Assembly (NCBI GenBank): GCA_937919435.1
Contig: CALFRR010000082.1
Coordinates: 11,184-35,183 of the forward strand
Length of the DNA: 24,000 bases
Origin: an uncultured Alphaproteobacteria bacterium
GTDB taxonomy: Bacteria; Pseudomonadota; Alphaproteobacteria; Rhizobiales; Ancalomicrobiaceae
Direction: 5' to 3'
In this document: positions 1 to 8,756 of the stretch, piece after piece
How positions within the stretch are numbered: position 1 is the first letter of the stretch
Layout of the letters: every line of letters begins with the position of its first letter
Translations under genes and position numbers: made by a program
Notes under the pieces: model-generated
The model's database searches: none
Told to the model about the DNA's origin: nothing
Seen by the model: only the letters and a program-made list of their open reading frames with translations

Positions 1-390
1 CCCGAGGCTCATGTTGCCGGACCTGACCAGCACCGCATGACGGGCGGCGGCGGTGAGCTTGGCCTCGTCGGCGGCGGTCAGGCCGGTGGTGCCGACGACG
101 TGGACGAGACGGGCCTGCGCCGCGAGCTCGGCGAAATGCAGGGTGGCGGCGGGCGAAGTGAAGTCGACGACACCGTCGGCCCGGGCGAAGGCGGCGAGCG
201 CATCGTCGCCGATCGCCACGTCGAGCGGCGCGATGCCGGCGAGCACGCCCGCATCGGTGCCGATCTCCGGCGATCCCGACCGCTCGACGGCGGCGGCCAG
301 ACGTACCCCGGGGGTCTCGCTGATGGCACGTACCAGCGCCCGCCCCATTCGTCCGGCGGCGCCGACCACCACGAGTCGCATGTCCGACAT
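1..390 (-). CDS. dapB: 4-hydroxy-tetrahydrodipicolinate reductase (DapB), N-terminal 130 codons; the gene runs off the left edge
   Basis: My reverse-strand translation from ATG 390 (alternative ATG 381) reads [112 protein letters not shown]...SGNMSLG. It has the GAAGRMG Rossmann motif and the DFT.P and VGTTG motifs typical of DapB. It is absent from the ORF track because there is no stop in the window. Confidence 0.8.
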   Translation of the reverse strand, partial: MSDMRLVVVGAAGRMGRALVRAISETPGVRLAAAVERSGSPEIGTDAGVLAGIAPLDVAIGDDALAAFARADGVVDFTSPAATLHFAELAAQARLVHVVGTTGLTAADEAKLTAAARHAVLVRSGNMSLG

Positions 391-483
391 GTCGATCCCC
401 CGAAAGGCCCGGCCGAAGACGAGGTCCCGGCCGCTCGGCTCTGGGCTATATCAGCCGTCGGATCGACGCAAGCCGGGGGAGCA

Positions 484-506
484 CCGATCCGCCCCGCGCG
501 GATCGG
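484..506 (-). terminator. GC-rich stem-loop just downstream of the dnaA stop; possible weak terminator or mRNA-stabilising hairpin
   Basis: CCGATCCGC (484-492) pairs perfectly with GCGGATCGG (498-506) around a 5-nt loop, 14 nt after the dnaA stop at 520-522. No U-run follows on the minus strand, so it is not a canonical intrinsic terminator. Confidence 0.25.
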
Positions 507-519
507 GGATCGCACCCGC

Positions 520-1986
520 TCAGAGGTCGAGCATCCGCTTCAGCAGTTCGATCTCGTCGGCGAAGCCGCGGTCGGCCCCGGCGAGTTCCTCGATCTTGCG
601 GACCGCGTGCAGCACCGTGGTGTGGTCGCGGTTGCCGAACCGGCGGCCGATCTCGGGCAGCGAGCGCGGCGTCAGCGTCTTGGCCAGATACATCGCGATC
701 TGCCGCGGCCGGACCACCGTGCGGGTGCGCCGGGCCGACAGGAGATCGGCCTTCGACACGTTGAAGTGCTTGGCGACGATCCGCTGGATGTCCTCGATCT
801 TGACCTTGCGAGCCTCGCGCACCCGCAGCAGATCGCGCAGCGCGGCCTCCGCCATCTCCACCGAAACCACCTGACCGGTCAGCTGGTTGTGGGCGACCAG
901 ACGGTTCACCGCACCGTCGAGGTCGCGGCCCGAGGAGACGACGTTCTCGGCGACGTAGTCGATCACCGACGACGAGATCTCGAGGGCGGGCGAGGCGGTC
1001 TTCGCGGCGGCGACGCGGGCGGCGACGATGCGCCGGCGCAGCTCCAGATCGGGCGTCGCGATCTCGACCAGCAGACCGCCGGCGAGGCGCGAGCGCACCC
1101 GCTCGTCGAGCGTCTCGAGGTCGGCCGGCGGCCGGTCGGCGGCGACGATCACCTGACGGGCGCCGTCGATCAGCGAATTGAGGGTGTGGCAGAACTCCTG
1201 CTGGACCTGTTTGCCCTGCAGGAACTGCATGTCGTCGATCACCAGAAGGTCGATGCCGCGCAGCGCTTCCTTGAAGCGGATCGCCGACTGGGCCATCAGC
1301 GCCGAGACGAAGCGGTACATGAAATGCTCGGCGGTCAGGTAGAGCACCTTGCGACCGGCCGCCCGGGCGGCATGGGCGACCGCCTGGAGGAGATGGGTCT
1401 TGCCGAGACCGACGGCGGCGTGGACGTAGAGCGGGTTGAAGGCGACCGGCTCACCGGGCCGCGCATCGGCGATGCGGCGGGCGGCGGCGAAGGCGAGGCT
1501 GTTGGCCCGGCCTTCGACGAAACTCTCGAAGGAATGGCGCGGATCGAGCGGGCTGCCGGCCAGGACGTCGTCGTCGTTGGCCTCGGCCCGCGGCGGCTGG
1601 GCGGTGACCCGGGCGACCGGCGCGGCCTGCAGCGGCGCGGCACGCATCGTAGTGGTCGTCGGCAGGCGGGTGACCACCTCGGCGGGGCTCTGCGTCGGCG
1701 CGACCGGACGCATCGCAGTGCGGACGGCGAACTCGATCTGCTCGACGTCGCCGAAGGCTTCGCCGAAGAGGGCGAGGAGACGATCCCGGTAACGGCTGTG
1801 GAGCCAGTTCTTGAGGAACCGAGTCGGCACGGACAGGAGCACGACGCCGCCCTGACGGCCCTCGTACTCGACGCGCGTGAACCAACTGGTGAACGCATCT
1901 TCGCCGAGCTCGACCCTCAGCCGGAGCTTGATGCGGTCCCACTCCTCGCGATCCGAATGGACCGAGGTCATTGCACGCGCCTCCAT
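520..1986 (-). CDS. dnaA: Chromosomal replication initiator protein DnaA
   Basis: The 488-aa ORF has the AAA+ Walker A GLGKTHLL, Walker [11 protein letters not shown], sensor and box VII regions, and the C-terminal DNA-binding domain ([11 protein letters not shown]...[25 protein letters not shown]). ATG 1986 is preceded by AGGTGGA. An in-frame ATG at 1971, preceded by GGAGG, is an equally plausible start. Confidence 0.95.
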   Translation of the reverse strand: MEARAMTSVHSDREEWDRIKLRLRVELGEDAFTSWFTRVEYEGRQGGVVLLSVPTRFLKNWLHSRYRDRLLALFGEAFGDVEQIEFAVRTAMRPVAPTQSPAEVVTRLPTTTTMRAAPLQAAPVARVTAQPPRAEANDDDVLAGSPLDPRHSFESFVEGRANSLAFAAARRIADARPGEPVAFNPLYVHAAVGLGKTHLLQAVAHAARAAGRKVLYLTAEHFMYRFVSALMAQSAIRFKEALRGIDLLVIDDMQFLQGKQVQQEFCHTLNSLIDGARQVIVAADRPPADLETLDERVRSRLAGGLLVEIATPDLELRRRIVAARVAAAKTASPALEISSSVIDYVAENVVSSGRDLDGAVNRLVAHNQLTGQVVSVEMAEAALRDLLRVREARKVKIEDIQRIVAKHFNVSKADLLSARRTRTVVRPRQIAMYLAKTLTPRSLPEIGRRFGNRDHTTVLHAVRKIEELAGADRGFADEIELLKRMLDL

Positions 1987-2167
1987 CGTCTTCCACCTTT
2001 CGAAGTCCGCCGGTCGTCTGCCGCCCGCAGCCGCCCGATCATGGGTATTCGTCGCCTCGTGTCCGGCCCGCCGCCGCGGCAGAACGAGGGATCACGACCG
2101 ACGGCGACGGAGCCCGACGCACCGCGATGCGTCGCCCCTCGTCACCCGCGGTCGTACCGACCGAATT

Positions 2168-2620
2168 TCAGGATTGTGTCCAGGGTAGACCGGATGCCTT
2201 CCATCCGGCGACGCCGCCTCGATGCTTCGCGGGGTCCGGAGGCCCCTCGAAACCGTCGGCGACGTTGCGACATCGGCTCCACCCCGCCGCGGTCATGGCG
2301 ATCGCCGCCTTGCGGGAGCGGACGCCGGACCGACACAGGAAATAGAGCGTCGTGTCGCGTTCGATGCCGGCCTCGGCCAGCGCCGCCCCGAGGACCTCGA
2401 CGAAGTCGGGGTTCTCGGACATCGCCGGAAAGGCCTGCCATTCCAAAGTGAGGGGAGTCTTGCCGATTTCGGCGAGCGAGGGAACGCCGACCCAGGTCCA
2501 TTCGGCCTGGGTTCGCACGTCGATCAGAAGGGATCGCGGATCCCGAGCGAGATCCGCCCAGGCCTCGGACGGCGACACGTCACCGTCGTAGTTTGCTCCA
2601 CTCAATCCCGACATGACCAT
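2168..2620 (-). CDS. Single-domain rhodanese-like sulfurtransferase
   Basis: The active-site loop CRSGVRS (CRxGxRS type) sits in a domain of about 150 aa. I place the start at ATG 2620 or ATG 2614 (MVMSGL...), with AGGGGA just upstream. The track's 5' extension to 2725 starts at TTG and has only about 63% third-position GC by my count, so it looks non-coding. Confidence 0.75.
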   Translation of the reverse strand: MVMSGLSGANYDGDVSPSEAWADLARDPRSLLIDVRTQAEWTWVGVPSLAEIGKTPLTLEWQAFPAMSENPDFVEVLGAALAEAGIERDTTLYFLCRSGVRSRKAAIAMTAAGWSRCRNVADGFEGPPDPAKHRGGVAGWKASGLPWTQS

Positions 2621-3220
2621 CCCCTGCGAGCGAAGAAACTCCGCTCGGATACCGAGATCAACGATTCGCAGAATTCGATACGTCTCGTCGAAGCGACCGT
2701 TGTTCGCCCAATGGACCGTATACAAACCGCAAAAGCCTCACTCGCGCTCAAAACACTTCGAAGGCGCTCTTGGAAACGATTTTCAATCCTTTCCCGAACG
2801 CCCTTTCCGATATTCCGAACACTCGCTCCGGCTGCCGCCCCCGAGGTCGACGACCTCCATGGCCTCGACGATACACAGGCTCATCCGACGACGCAACGCC
2901 TCCTCGGAGCCGGTCGGCATCGCGCCTGCGGCAGGCTCCACCGCCCGATCCCCGGAAGCACTCGGCAAGTCATTCGGACTCAACGCGCTTCCCTTCACGA
3001 GTCGGGATTCGAGGTCTGCGACGACTACGCCGACGAAAAATCTCCGCCCTCCTCCGACCGGCCACGGCGGTCTCGGAATTACGGCTCGAATTTTTCGACT
3101 TGCCACCAACCCATTGTCAGACAGAGCATTTTTCTGACAGGCCCATCGGGGCGGGAACGGCTACGAAAGATCTCGATACGAGTTTGCACGTAGCCGAACC
3201 GAGGGTTTCCGAACGGCCAC

Positions 3221-3250
3221 GAACAAAAGCCCGGGCGTCGCCGCCCGGGC
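3221..3250 (-). terminator. Rho-independent terminator of rpsT
   Basis: GCCCGGGCG (3229-3237) pairs perfectly with CGCCCGGGC (3242-3250) around a 4-nt loop. On the minus strand the stem is followed by TTTT (complement of 3225-3228). It lies 27 nt after the rpsT stop. Confidence 0.8.
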
Positions 3251-3276
3251 TCTGAAACGTCTTCTGAACACCCCGA

Positions 3277-3543
3277 TCAGGCGCCGAGCGACTTCACGCG
3301 CTGGGCCAGACGGGAGATCTTCCGCGAGGCGGTGTTGCGGTGCACAACGCCCTTCGAGGCGGCCCGCTGCAGCTCCGGCTGTGCGGCCTTCAGCGCTTCG
3401 GCGGCGGCGCCCTTGTCGCCGGAGGCGAGCGCCTCCTCGACCTTGCGCAGGAAGGTGCGCACGCGGCTGCGCCGGGACTTGTTGACCTCGGTGCGGCGGG
3501 CGATCTTGCGGGCCGCCTTCTTGGCGGACGGCGTATTGGCCAT
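3277..3543 (-). CDS. rpsT: 30S ribosomal protein S20
   Basis: The 88-aa product reads [39 protein letters not shown]...[19 protein letters not shown], a typical S20 sequence. ATG 3543 is preceded by GAGGAGAA. Confidence 0.95.
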   Translation of the reverse strand: MANTPSAKKAARKIARRTEVNKSRRSRVRTFLRKVEEALASGDKGAAAEALKAAQPELQRAASKGVVHRNTASRKISRLAQRVKSLGA

Positions 3544-3697
3544 GGGCGAGCTTCTCCTCGGATTTCGCCTGCGCTCGACCTCGAACCGACGACGCCCGTC
3601 CGAGATGCCCACCGGCACTCCGGACCACGCCCCGTCGGGGCCGACACGGAAACACGTAGAATGGCGGCGGAACCTGCCGCCACCGAGTGGGGCGAGC

Positions 3698-3725
3698 TTA
3701 TAGCCGCCGACCGCCGGCCCGTCAA
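3698..3725 (-). promoter_or_regulatory. Candidate sigma-70 promoter for rpsT
   Basis: The minus strand reads TTGACG (3725-3720), a 16-nt spacer, then CTATAA (3703-3698). This is close to the alphaproteobacterial housekeeping consensus TTGAC-N16/17-CTATAT. It would give a leader of about 150 nt. Confidence 0.45.
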
Positions 3726-3749
3726 CGCCCGCCGCGGTGGCTCGGTGCC

Positions 3750-4523
3750 TCAGCGATGGCGAAACACCGCCGGGCGTTTCTCGACGAAGGCGGCCATGCC
3801 CTCCGCGCGGTCCTCGGTCGCGAAGACCGCCTGGAACAGGCGCCGCTCGAAGCGCAGGCCCTCGGCGAGCGACCCCTCGAAGGCGCGGCCGACCGCCTCC
3901 TTCGCCATCAGCGTCGCGGGCAGCGACAGGCCGGCGATCTCCGCGGCGATCGCCACCACCCGTTCGACGAATCCGTCGGCCGGCAGCACCCGGGCGACCA
4001 GCCCCGAACGCTCGGCCTCGTCCGCGTCCATCGTCCGGCCGGTCAGGATCATGTCCATCGCCTTGGCCTTGCCGACCGCCCGGGTCAGGCGCTGGGTGCC
4101 GCCGGCGCCCGGCAGGATGCCGAGGCGGATCTCCGGCTGACCGAACTTCGCGGTCTCCGCGGCATAGATGGTGTCGCAGGCCATGGCGAGTTCACAGCCG
4201 CCGCCGAGCGCGAAGCCGGCGACCGCCGCGACGATCGGCTTGCGGAACCGCGCCACCCGATCCCAGGGGGCGAGGAAGTCGGAGAGATAGGTGCCGGGAA
4301 AGCCGAGGCCGGCCATCTCCTTGATGTCGGCGCCGGCGGCGAAGGCCTTCGGCGAGCCGGTCAGGACCACCGCACCGATGGCGTCGTCGGTCTCGAAGGC
4401 GTCGAGGGCGGCGCCGAGCTCGTCGATCAGGCGGGCGTTCAGCGCATTGAGCGCCGCCGGCCGGTTCAGGGTGACGAGGCCGACGCGGCCCGACGTCTCG
4501 ACGAGGATGGTCTCGTAGGTCAT
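3750..4523 (-). CDS. Enoyl-CoA hydratase, crotonase family
   Basis: The 257-aa product has crotonase-fold motifs: [38 protein letters not shown] and [23 protein letters not shown] 4523 is preceded by GGAGA. Confidence 0.9.
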   Translation of the reverse strand: MTYETILVETSGRVGLVTLNRPAALNALNARLIDELGAALDAFETDDAIGAVVLTGSPKAFAAGADIKEMAGLGFPGTYLSDFLAPWDRVARFRKPIVAAVAGFALGGGCELAMACDTIYAAETAKFGQPEIRLGILPGAGGTQRLTRAVGKAKAMDMILTGRTMDADEAERSGLVARVLPADGFVERVVAIAAEIAGLSLPATLMAKEAVGRAFEGSLAEGLRFERRLFQAVFATEDRAEGMAAFVEKRPAVFRHR

Positions 4524-4588
4524 CGCGGATCTCCCGGCCGAGACGCCGCGACCATCGCCGCGCCTCCGACCGGGGGAGTCTGACCATA

Positions 4589-4599
4589 CTGCGATGCAG
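4589..4599. promoter_or_regulatory. Perfect palindrome CTGCGATGCAG (CTGC-N3-GCAG); candidate PhaR-type operator upstream of the crotonase gene
   Basis: The exact 11-bp palindrome lies in the 84-bp gap between the mutM stop (4608) and the crotonase ATG (4523), 66 bp upstream of that ATG. It was the only exact N3-spaced copy I found in an imperfect manual scan of the window. Confidence 0.3.
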
Positions 4600-4607
4600 C
4601 GATCAAT

Positions 4608-5510
4608 TCACCGATGGGTGCGACGGCGCACCCCCTGGCAGTTCGGGCAATAGAAGGTCGAGCGCCCCGACTGGACGATCCGTTCGACGACGCCGTCGCA
4701 GGTCGGACGCGGGCAGGGCTCGCCCTCGCGGTCGTAGACGGCGAAGGTGTGCTGGAAATAGCCGAGTTCGCCGTCGACCCGGGCGTGGTCGCGCAACGAC
4801 GAGCCGCCGGCGGCGATCGCCTCGTCGAGCACCTCGCCGATCGCGGTGGCGAGCGCCTTCAGGCCCGGCTTCGGCCGTCCCGCCGCGTCGATCTGGTCGC
4901 CGGCGGCGGCGCGCGGATCGAGCTTCGCCCGCCACAGCGCCTCGCAGACATAGATGTTGCCGAGGCCGGCGACGAGCCGTTGGTCGAGCAGGGCCGCCTT
5001 CAGCGGCGTCGCCCGGCCGGCGAACAGGCGGGCGAGCAGCGCCGGCCCGATCGCCCCGCCGAGCGGCTCGACGCCGAGCCCGGCGAGTGCCGGGTGGGTC
5101 TCGAGACCGCTCGCCGCGACGAGGTCCATCACGCCGAAGCGGCGCGGATCGTTGTAGGTGACGATGCCGCCGTCCGCGAGCCGGAAGACGACGTGGTCGT
5201 GCTTCTCGCGGCCGTCGCGCGGCAGGTGGAAGGCCCCGGGGGTGACGTCGTCGCCCTCCCGGGTCACCCGGAACGAGCCGGACATGCCGAGATGGGCGAT
5301 CAGCACCTCGCCGGTCGACAGGCGGAACAGCAGATATTTCGCCCGCCGGTCGATCGCCTCGATCGTCGTGCCCTCCAGGCGTTCGACGAAGTGCTCGGGA
5401 AACGGCCGTCGCAGACCGCTGCGCCGGCATTCGACGGCGACGATCCGGCGGCCGACCATCGCCGGGGCGAGACCGCGGCGGACGGTTTCGACTTCGGGCA
5501 GTTCGGGCAT
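4608..5510 (-). CDS. mutM: Formamidopyrimidine-DNA glycosylase (Fpg/MutM)
   Basis: The 300-aa product has the N-terminal [14 protein letters not shown] (catalytic Pro2/Glu3), an H2TH region, and a C-terminal zinc finger CPRPTC...x16...CPNCQ. Confidence 0.95.
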   Translation of the reverse strand: MPELPEVETVRRGLAPAMVGRRIVAVECRRSGLRRPFPEHFVERLEGTTIEAIDRRAKYLLFRLSTGEVLIAHLGMSGSFRVTREGDDVTPGAFHLPRDGREKHDHVVFRLADGGIVTYNDPRRFGVMDLVAASGLETHPALAGLGVEPLGGAIGPALLARLFAGRATPLKAALLDQRLVAGLGNIYVCEALWRAKLDPRAAAGDQIDAAGRPKPGLKALATAIGEVLDEAIAAGGSSLRDHARVDGELGYFQHTFAVYDREGEPCPRPTCDGVVERIVQSGRSTFYCPNCQGVRRRTHR

Positions 5511-5639
5511 GCCGTCTCCTCGCCGCGGCGGCCGGGCTCACCGCGACGCGCGGGTTTTCCCGCCGGTCCGCCGGGGCGTGCGACGATAGCGTCGGCGCGA
5601 GGCTTCCGCTATGGTCCGGCCGACCGAAGGAGAAGCCTC

Positions 5640-6467
5640 ATGTCCCACGATCCCGCCGCCGCCCGTTCCCCCGTCCGCTCCGCCGCGGGGTCGGAAGGAA
5701 GTGGCGCGGATGCGCCGGCGACCGCCTCCTTCGGCTTCCGCGAAGTGCCGCTCGGCGAGAAGCAGCATCTGGTCGACGACGTCTTCCACAAGGTGGCGAG
5801 CCGCTACGACGTGATGAACGACGTGATGTCCGGCGGCCTGCACCGGCTGTGGAAGGACGCGATGGTCGCCCGGCTGGCGCCGCCGAGGATCGGCCGGCGT
5901 CCGTTCGAAGTGATCGACGTGGCCGGCGGCACCGGCGACATCGCCTTCCGGATCGCCGCCAAGTCGGGCGAGCGCGCCCATGTCACGGTCTGCGACATCA
6001 ACGCCTCGATGCTGGAGGTCGGCCGGGCCCGCGCGGAGAAGCGCGGGCTCGCCGAGCGGGTCGACTTCGTCGAAGGCAACGCCGAGGAACTGCCGTTCGA
6101 GAGCGACCGCTTCGACGCCTATACGATCGCCTTCGGCATCCGCAACGTGCCGCGGATCGACAAGGCGCTGTCGGAGGCGTTCCGGGTGCTGAAGCCCGGC
6201 GGCCGACTGCTGGTGCTCGAGTTCTCGGCGGTCGAGGTGCCGGTGCTCGACAAGCTCTACGACGCCTTCTCGTTCAACGTCATCCCGCTGATGGGCCGGA
6301 TCGTCGCCGGCGACGGCGAACCCTACCGCTATCTCGTCGAATCGATCCGCGCCTTCCCGCCGCAGGAGCGCTTCGCCGACATGATCCGGACGGCCGGCTT
6401 CTCGCGGGTCGACTATTCGAACTACACCGGCGGCATCGCCGCTCTGCACTCCGGCTGGAAGATCTGA
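5640..6467 (+). CDS. ubiE: Demethylmenaquinone/ubiquinone C-methyltransferase UbiE
   Basis: ATG 5640 is preceded by AAGGAGAA. The protein contains [21 protein letters not shown], the SAM-binding motif [12 protein letters not shown], and FGIRNV...[14 protein letters not shown] low-complexity N-terminal extension of about 25 aa precedes the conserved FGFREVP. Confidence 0.92.
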   Translation: MSHDPAAARSPVRSAAGSEGSGADAPATASFGFREVPLGEKQHLVDDVFHKVASRYDVMNDVMSGGLHRLWKDAMVARLAPPRIGRRPFEVIDVAGGTGDIAFRIAAKSGERAHVTVCDINASMLEVGRARAEKRGLAERVDFVEGNAEELPFESDRFDAYTIAFGIRNVPRIDKALSEAFRVLKPGGRLLVLEFSAVEVPVLDKLYDAFSFNVIPLMGRIVAGDGEPYRYLVESIRAFPPQERFADMIRTAGFSRVDYSNYTGGIAALHSGWKI

Positions 6468-6471
6468 CCCG

Positions 6472-8067
6472 ATGAGTGGCGTCCTCGGTTCGCTCGCGCG
6501 GCTCGGCCGGGCCGGATGGGTGCTCGCCCGCGAGGGCGTGCTGACGGCCATGGCGCCGCCCGATCCGCCGACGATCGGCCGCCTCGTCCTGGCGCTCGCC
6601 CGTTCGATCGAACGGCGCGACGCGGAGGGCACGTCGCGCGGCGCCCGGGCGTCGCGGGCGCTGAACCGGCTCGGCCCGTCCTGGGTCAAGCTCGGCCAGT
6701 TCCTCGCCACCCGGCCCGACGTGGTCGGCCGTGCGATGGCCGACGACCTCGAAGCGCTGCAGGACCGGATCCCGCCGTTCCCCGACGCGGAAGCCCGGGC
6801 GCTGGTCGCCAAAGCGCTGGGCAGGCCGGTCGAGAGCTTCTTCGAAGCCTTCGGCCCGGCGGTCGCCGCCGCCTCGATCGCCCAGGTCCACAAGGGGCGG
6901 GTACGGCTCGCCGACGGTTCCGCCCGCGACGTCGCGGTCAAGGTGCTCCGGCCCGACGTCGAAGCCCGCTTCCGCCGCGACCTCGACGACTTCTATCGCG
7001 CGGCTCGGTTGATCGAACGCTTCGTGCCGTTCACGCGGCGGCTCCGGCCGGTCGCGGTGGTCGACACGCTGGCCCGCTCGGTGCGGCTCGAGATGGACCT
7101 GCGGCTCGAGGCCGCGGCGCTCTCCGAGATGGCCGAGAACATCGCGAAGGACCCCGATTTCCGAGTGCCGACGGTCGACTGGCTGCGGACCCAGCGGACC
7201 GTGCTGACGATCGAATGGATCGACGGGGTGAAGCTCTCCGACCCGGAGAAGCTCGCCGCCGCCGGCCACGATCCGGTGCGGCTGGCGCGGGTCGCCATGC
7301 AGTCGTTCCTGCGCCACGCGATGCGCGACGGCTTCTTCCACGCCGACATGCACCAGGGCAACCTGTTCGCGGCGGCCGACGGCGATCTGGTCGCGGTCGA
7401 TTTCGGCATCACCGGCCGGTTGGAGCCGGAGGAACGGCGCTTCCTCGCCGAGATCCTGTGGGGCTTCATCACCCGCGACTACATGCGGGTCGCGCGGGTC
7501 CATTTCGAGGCCGGCTACGTGCCCTCGAACCAGGACGTGGTGGTGTTCGCCCAGGCGCTGCGCGCCGTCGGCGAACCGCTCCGCGACCGGCCGCCGTCGG
7601 AGATCTCGATGGCCGGGCTGCTCGGGCAGCTGTTCGAATACACCGAACTGTTCGAGATGCGGACCCAGCCGCGGCTGATCCTCCTGCAGAAGACCATGGT
7701 GGTGGTGGAGGGCGTCGCCCGGGCGCTCGATCCGGATCTCGACATCTGGAAGGTGTCGGAGCCGGTGGTCGCCGAATGGGTCGCCGCCAATCTCGGACCG
7801 GGGGCGAAGCTCGCCGACGTCGGCGCCGGGGCGGGAGCGCTCGGCCGTCTGGCGCTCGCCCTGCCGCGGCTCGCCGACCGTCTGGAAACGGTGTCGCTCG
7901 GACTGTCGCGTTGGGCCGAAGGCGGGCTCAGGCTCGATCCGGAGACGGTCGAGGCACTCGCCGAGGCACGCGACCGTCGCGAACGGCCGACCCGCCGGTT
8001 CCTCGTCGCGGTGGCGCTGCTGGCGGCGGTCGCCGTCTACGTCTCGGCGCGTCACGTCGGACTCTGA
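6472..8067 (+). CDS. ubiB: Ubiquinone biosynthesis regulatory kinase-like protein UbiB (ABC1/AarF family)
   Basis: The 531-aa product starts 4 nt after the ubiE stop. It has ABC1 motifs LGPSWVKLGQFLATRPD, AAASIAQVHKG, VAVKVLRP and FFHADMHQGNLF, and C-terminal hydrophobic segments. Confidence 0.92.
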   Translation: MSGVLGSLARLGRAGWVLAREGVLTAMAPPDPPTIGRLVLALARSIERRDAEGTSRGARASRALNRLGPSWVKLGQFLATRPDVVGRAMADDLEALQDRIPPFPDAEARALVAKALGRPVESFFEAFGPAVAAASIAQVHKGRVRLADGSARDVAVKVLRPDVEARFRRDLDDFYRAARLIERFVPFTRRLRPVAVVDTLARSVRLEMDLRLEAAALSEMAENIAKDPDFRVPTVDWLRTQRTVLTIEWIDGVKLSDPEKLAAAGHDPVRLARVAMQSFLRHAMRDGFFHADMHQGNLFAAADGDLVAVDFGITGRLEPEERRFLAEILWGFITRDYMRVARVHFEAGYVPSNQDVVVFAQALRAVGEPLRDRPPSEISMAGLLGQLFEYTELFEMRTQPRLILLQKTMVVVEGVARALDPDLDIWKVSEPVVAEWVAANLGPGAKLADVGAGAGALGRLALALPRLADRLETVSLGLSRWAEGGLRLDPETVEALAEARDRRERPTRRFLVAVALLAAVAVYVSARHVGL

Positions 8068-8147
8068 CGAGGATGGCCGTTCGCCGCCGCACCGAGTAAC
8101 CTGACCGCGAATCGTCCCCCTGAAGTCTCGTTCGCGGCGGTTCCACG

Positions 8148-8756
8148 ATGGCAGTCGACGACCCCCGCATCACCGCGGTCTTCGCCCGGATCGATGCCGC
8201 CAATGCCGAGGATCCGAACCGGGTCGAGGTCGACGGGCGTTCGCGGCCGGCGGCCCTCGTCTACGGCGAACGGATGTCGGCCTGCCTCGCCGCCTTCGCG
8301 CCCGAGGCGTCCCCGGTGCTGGCGATCGCCGTCCGGGCCCAGCATCTGCGGCGTTTCGACATCCCCCGCACCTCGCATCCGATGGACAAGCCGGGCTACT
8401 TCGCCTGGCGCAACGCCCTCAAGGCGCATCACGCCGACCTCGTCACCCGCTACATGCGCGATGCCGGCTTCGACGCGACGGCGATCGACCGGGTCGGGGC
8501 GATCGTCCGCAAGGAGCGGCTGAAGCGCGATCCGGAGACCCAGACGCTCGAGGACTGCGCCTGTCTGGTGTTCCTGGAGTTCGAACTGCCGGGCTTCGCC
8601 GCCAAGTACGACGACGCCAAGCTGATCGACATCCTCGCCAAGACCTGGCCGAAGATGTCCGATCTCGGCCGCGCCCGCGCCCTCGAACTGGCTCCCGCGC
8701 TCCCCGAGCGGCTGCGCGGACTGATCGCGCGTGCGATCAGTCCATCGGCGGCGTGA
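8148..8756 (+). CDS. DUF4202 domain protein of unknown function
   Basis: The 202-aa product contains IDAANAEDPN, YGERMS, RAQHLRRF.IPR, GYF.WR, RKERLK.DPE.QTLEDCACLVFLE and KLIDIL.KTW.KMS, which match my recollection of the conserved DUF4202 pattern. Its 3' end overlaps the convergent flavoprotein gene by 20 bp (8737-8756). Confidence 0.7.
   Translation: MAVDDPRITAVFARIDAANAEDPNRVEVDGRSRPAALVYGERMSACLAAFAPEASPVLAIAVRAQHLRRFDIPRTSHPMDKPGYFAWRNALKAHHADLVTRYMRDAGFDATAIDRVGAIVRKERLKRDPETQTLEDCACLVFLEFELPGFAAKYDDAKLIDILAKTWPKMSDLGRARALELAPALPERLRGLIARAISPSAA

Noticed and set aside
1987-2167. Possible DnaA boxes or an oriC next to dnaA. I also checked TTATCCAGC at 20644-20652 and TGATCCAC-like strings inside regA and aas.
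   Set aside because: I found only isolated 6-8 of 9 matches: TCTTCCACC at 1989-1997, the phaZ-upstream TTATCCAGC, and hits inside coding regions. There is no cluster of boxes, no A/T-rich unwinding element and no TTAA-N7-TTAA CtrA sites. In many alphaproteobacteria the origin lies near hemE, which is not in this window.
37-2451. Very long extra ORFs in the track: 37..2451 +, 6280..8055 -, 6516..8099 +, 8450..10087 -, 10944..14438 +, 17321..19825 -, 19680..21923 + and 20644..22059 -.
   Set aside because: All lie antisense to, or in an alternate frame of, genes with clear family motifs. Their translations are R/G/P/A/D-rich low-complexity strings typical of stop-poor non-coding frames in very GC-rich DNA. 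I see no independent evidence that they are genes.
2621-2725. An N-terminal extension of the rhodanese ORF, starting at TTG 2725.
   Set aside because: It has a TTG start, about 63% GC3 over the 35 extra codons, and adds sequence that a single-domain rhodanese does not need. The internal ATGs at 2620 and 2614 have an SD.
2783-3109. A 108-aa minus-strand ORF, plus overlapping plus-strand ORFs (2613..3137, 2770..3255), in the rhodanese-rpsT spacer.
   Set aside because: The 3' third of the minus ORF is rich in A/T-ending codons. No start has a good SD, and I recognise no motifs. Only 2822-2939 shows high GC3, so at most it is a gene relic. I keep it as part of the spacer finding rather than as a CDS.
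3640-3660. A parS-like string (GGAAACACGTAGAA), and GTTTGCACGTAGCC at 3182-3195.
   Set aside because: Neither aligns to the 16-bp palindrome TGTTTCACGTGAAACA without indels and several mismatches.
7617-7628. N4-spaced CTGC...GCAG strings at 7617-7628 and 18065-18076.
   Set aside because: Both lie inside the ubiB and regB coding sequences and have the wrong spacing, so they are consistent with chance in this composition. The third N4-spaced copy, at 20530-20541, is mentioned under the phaZ finding only because of where it sits.
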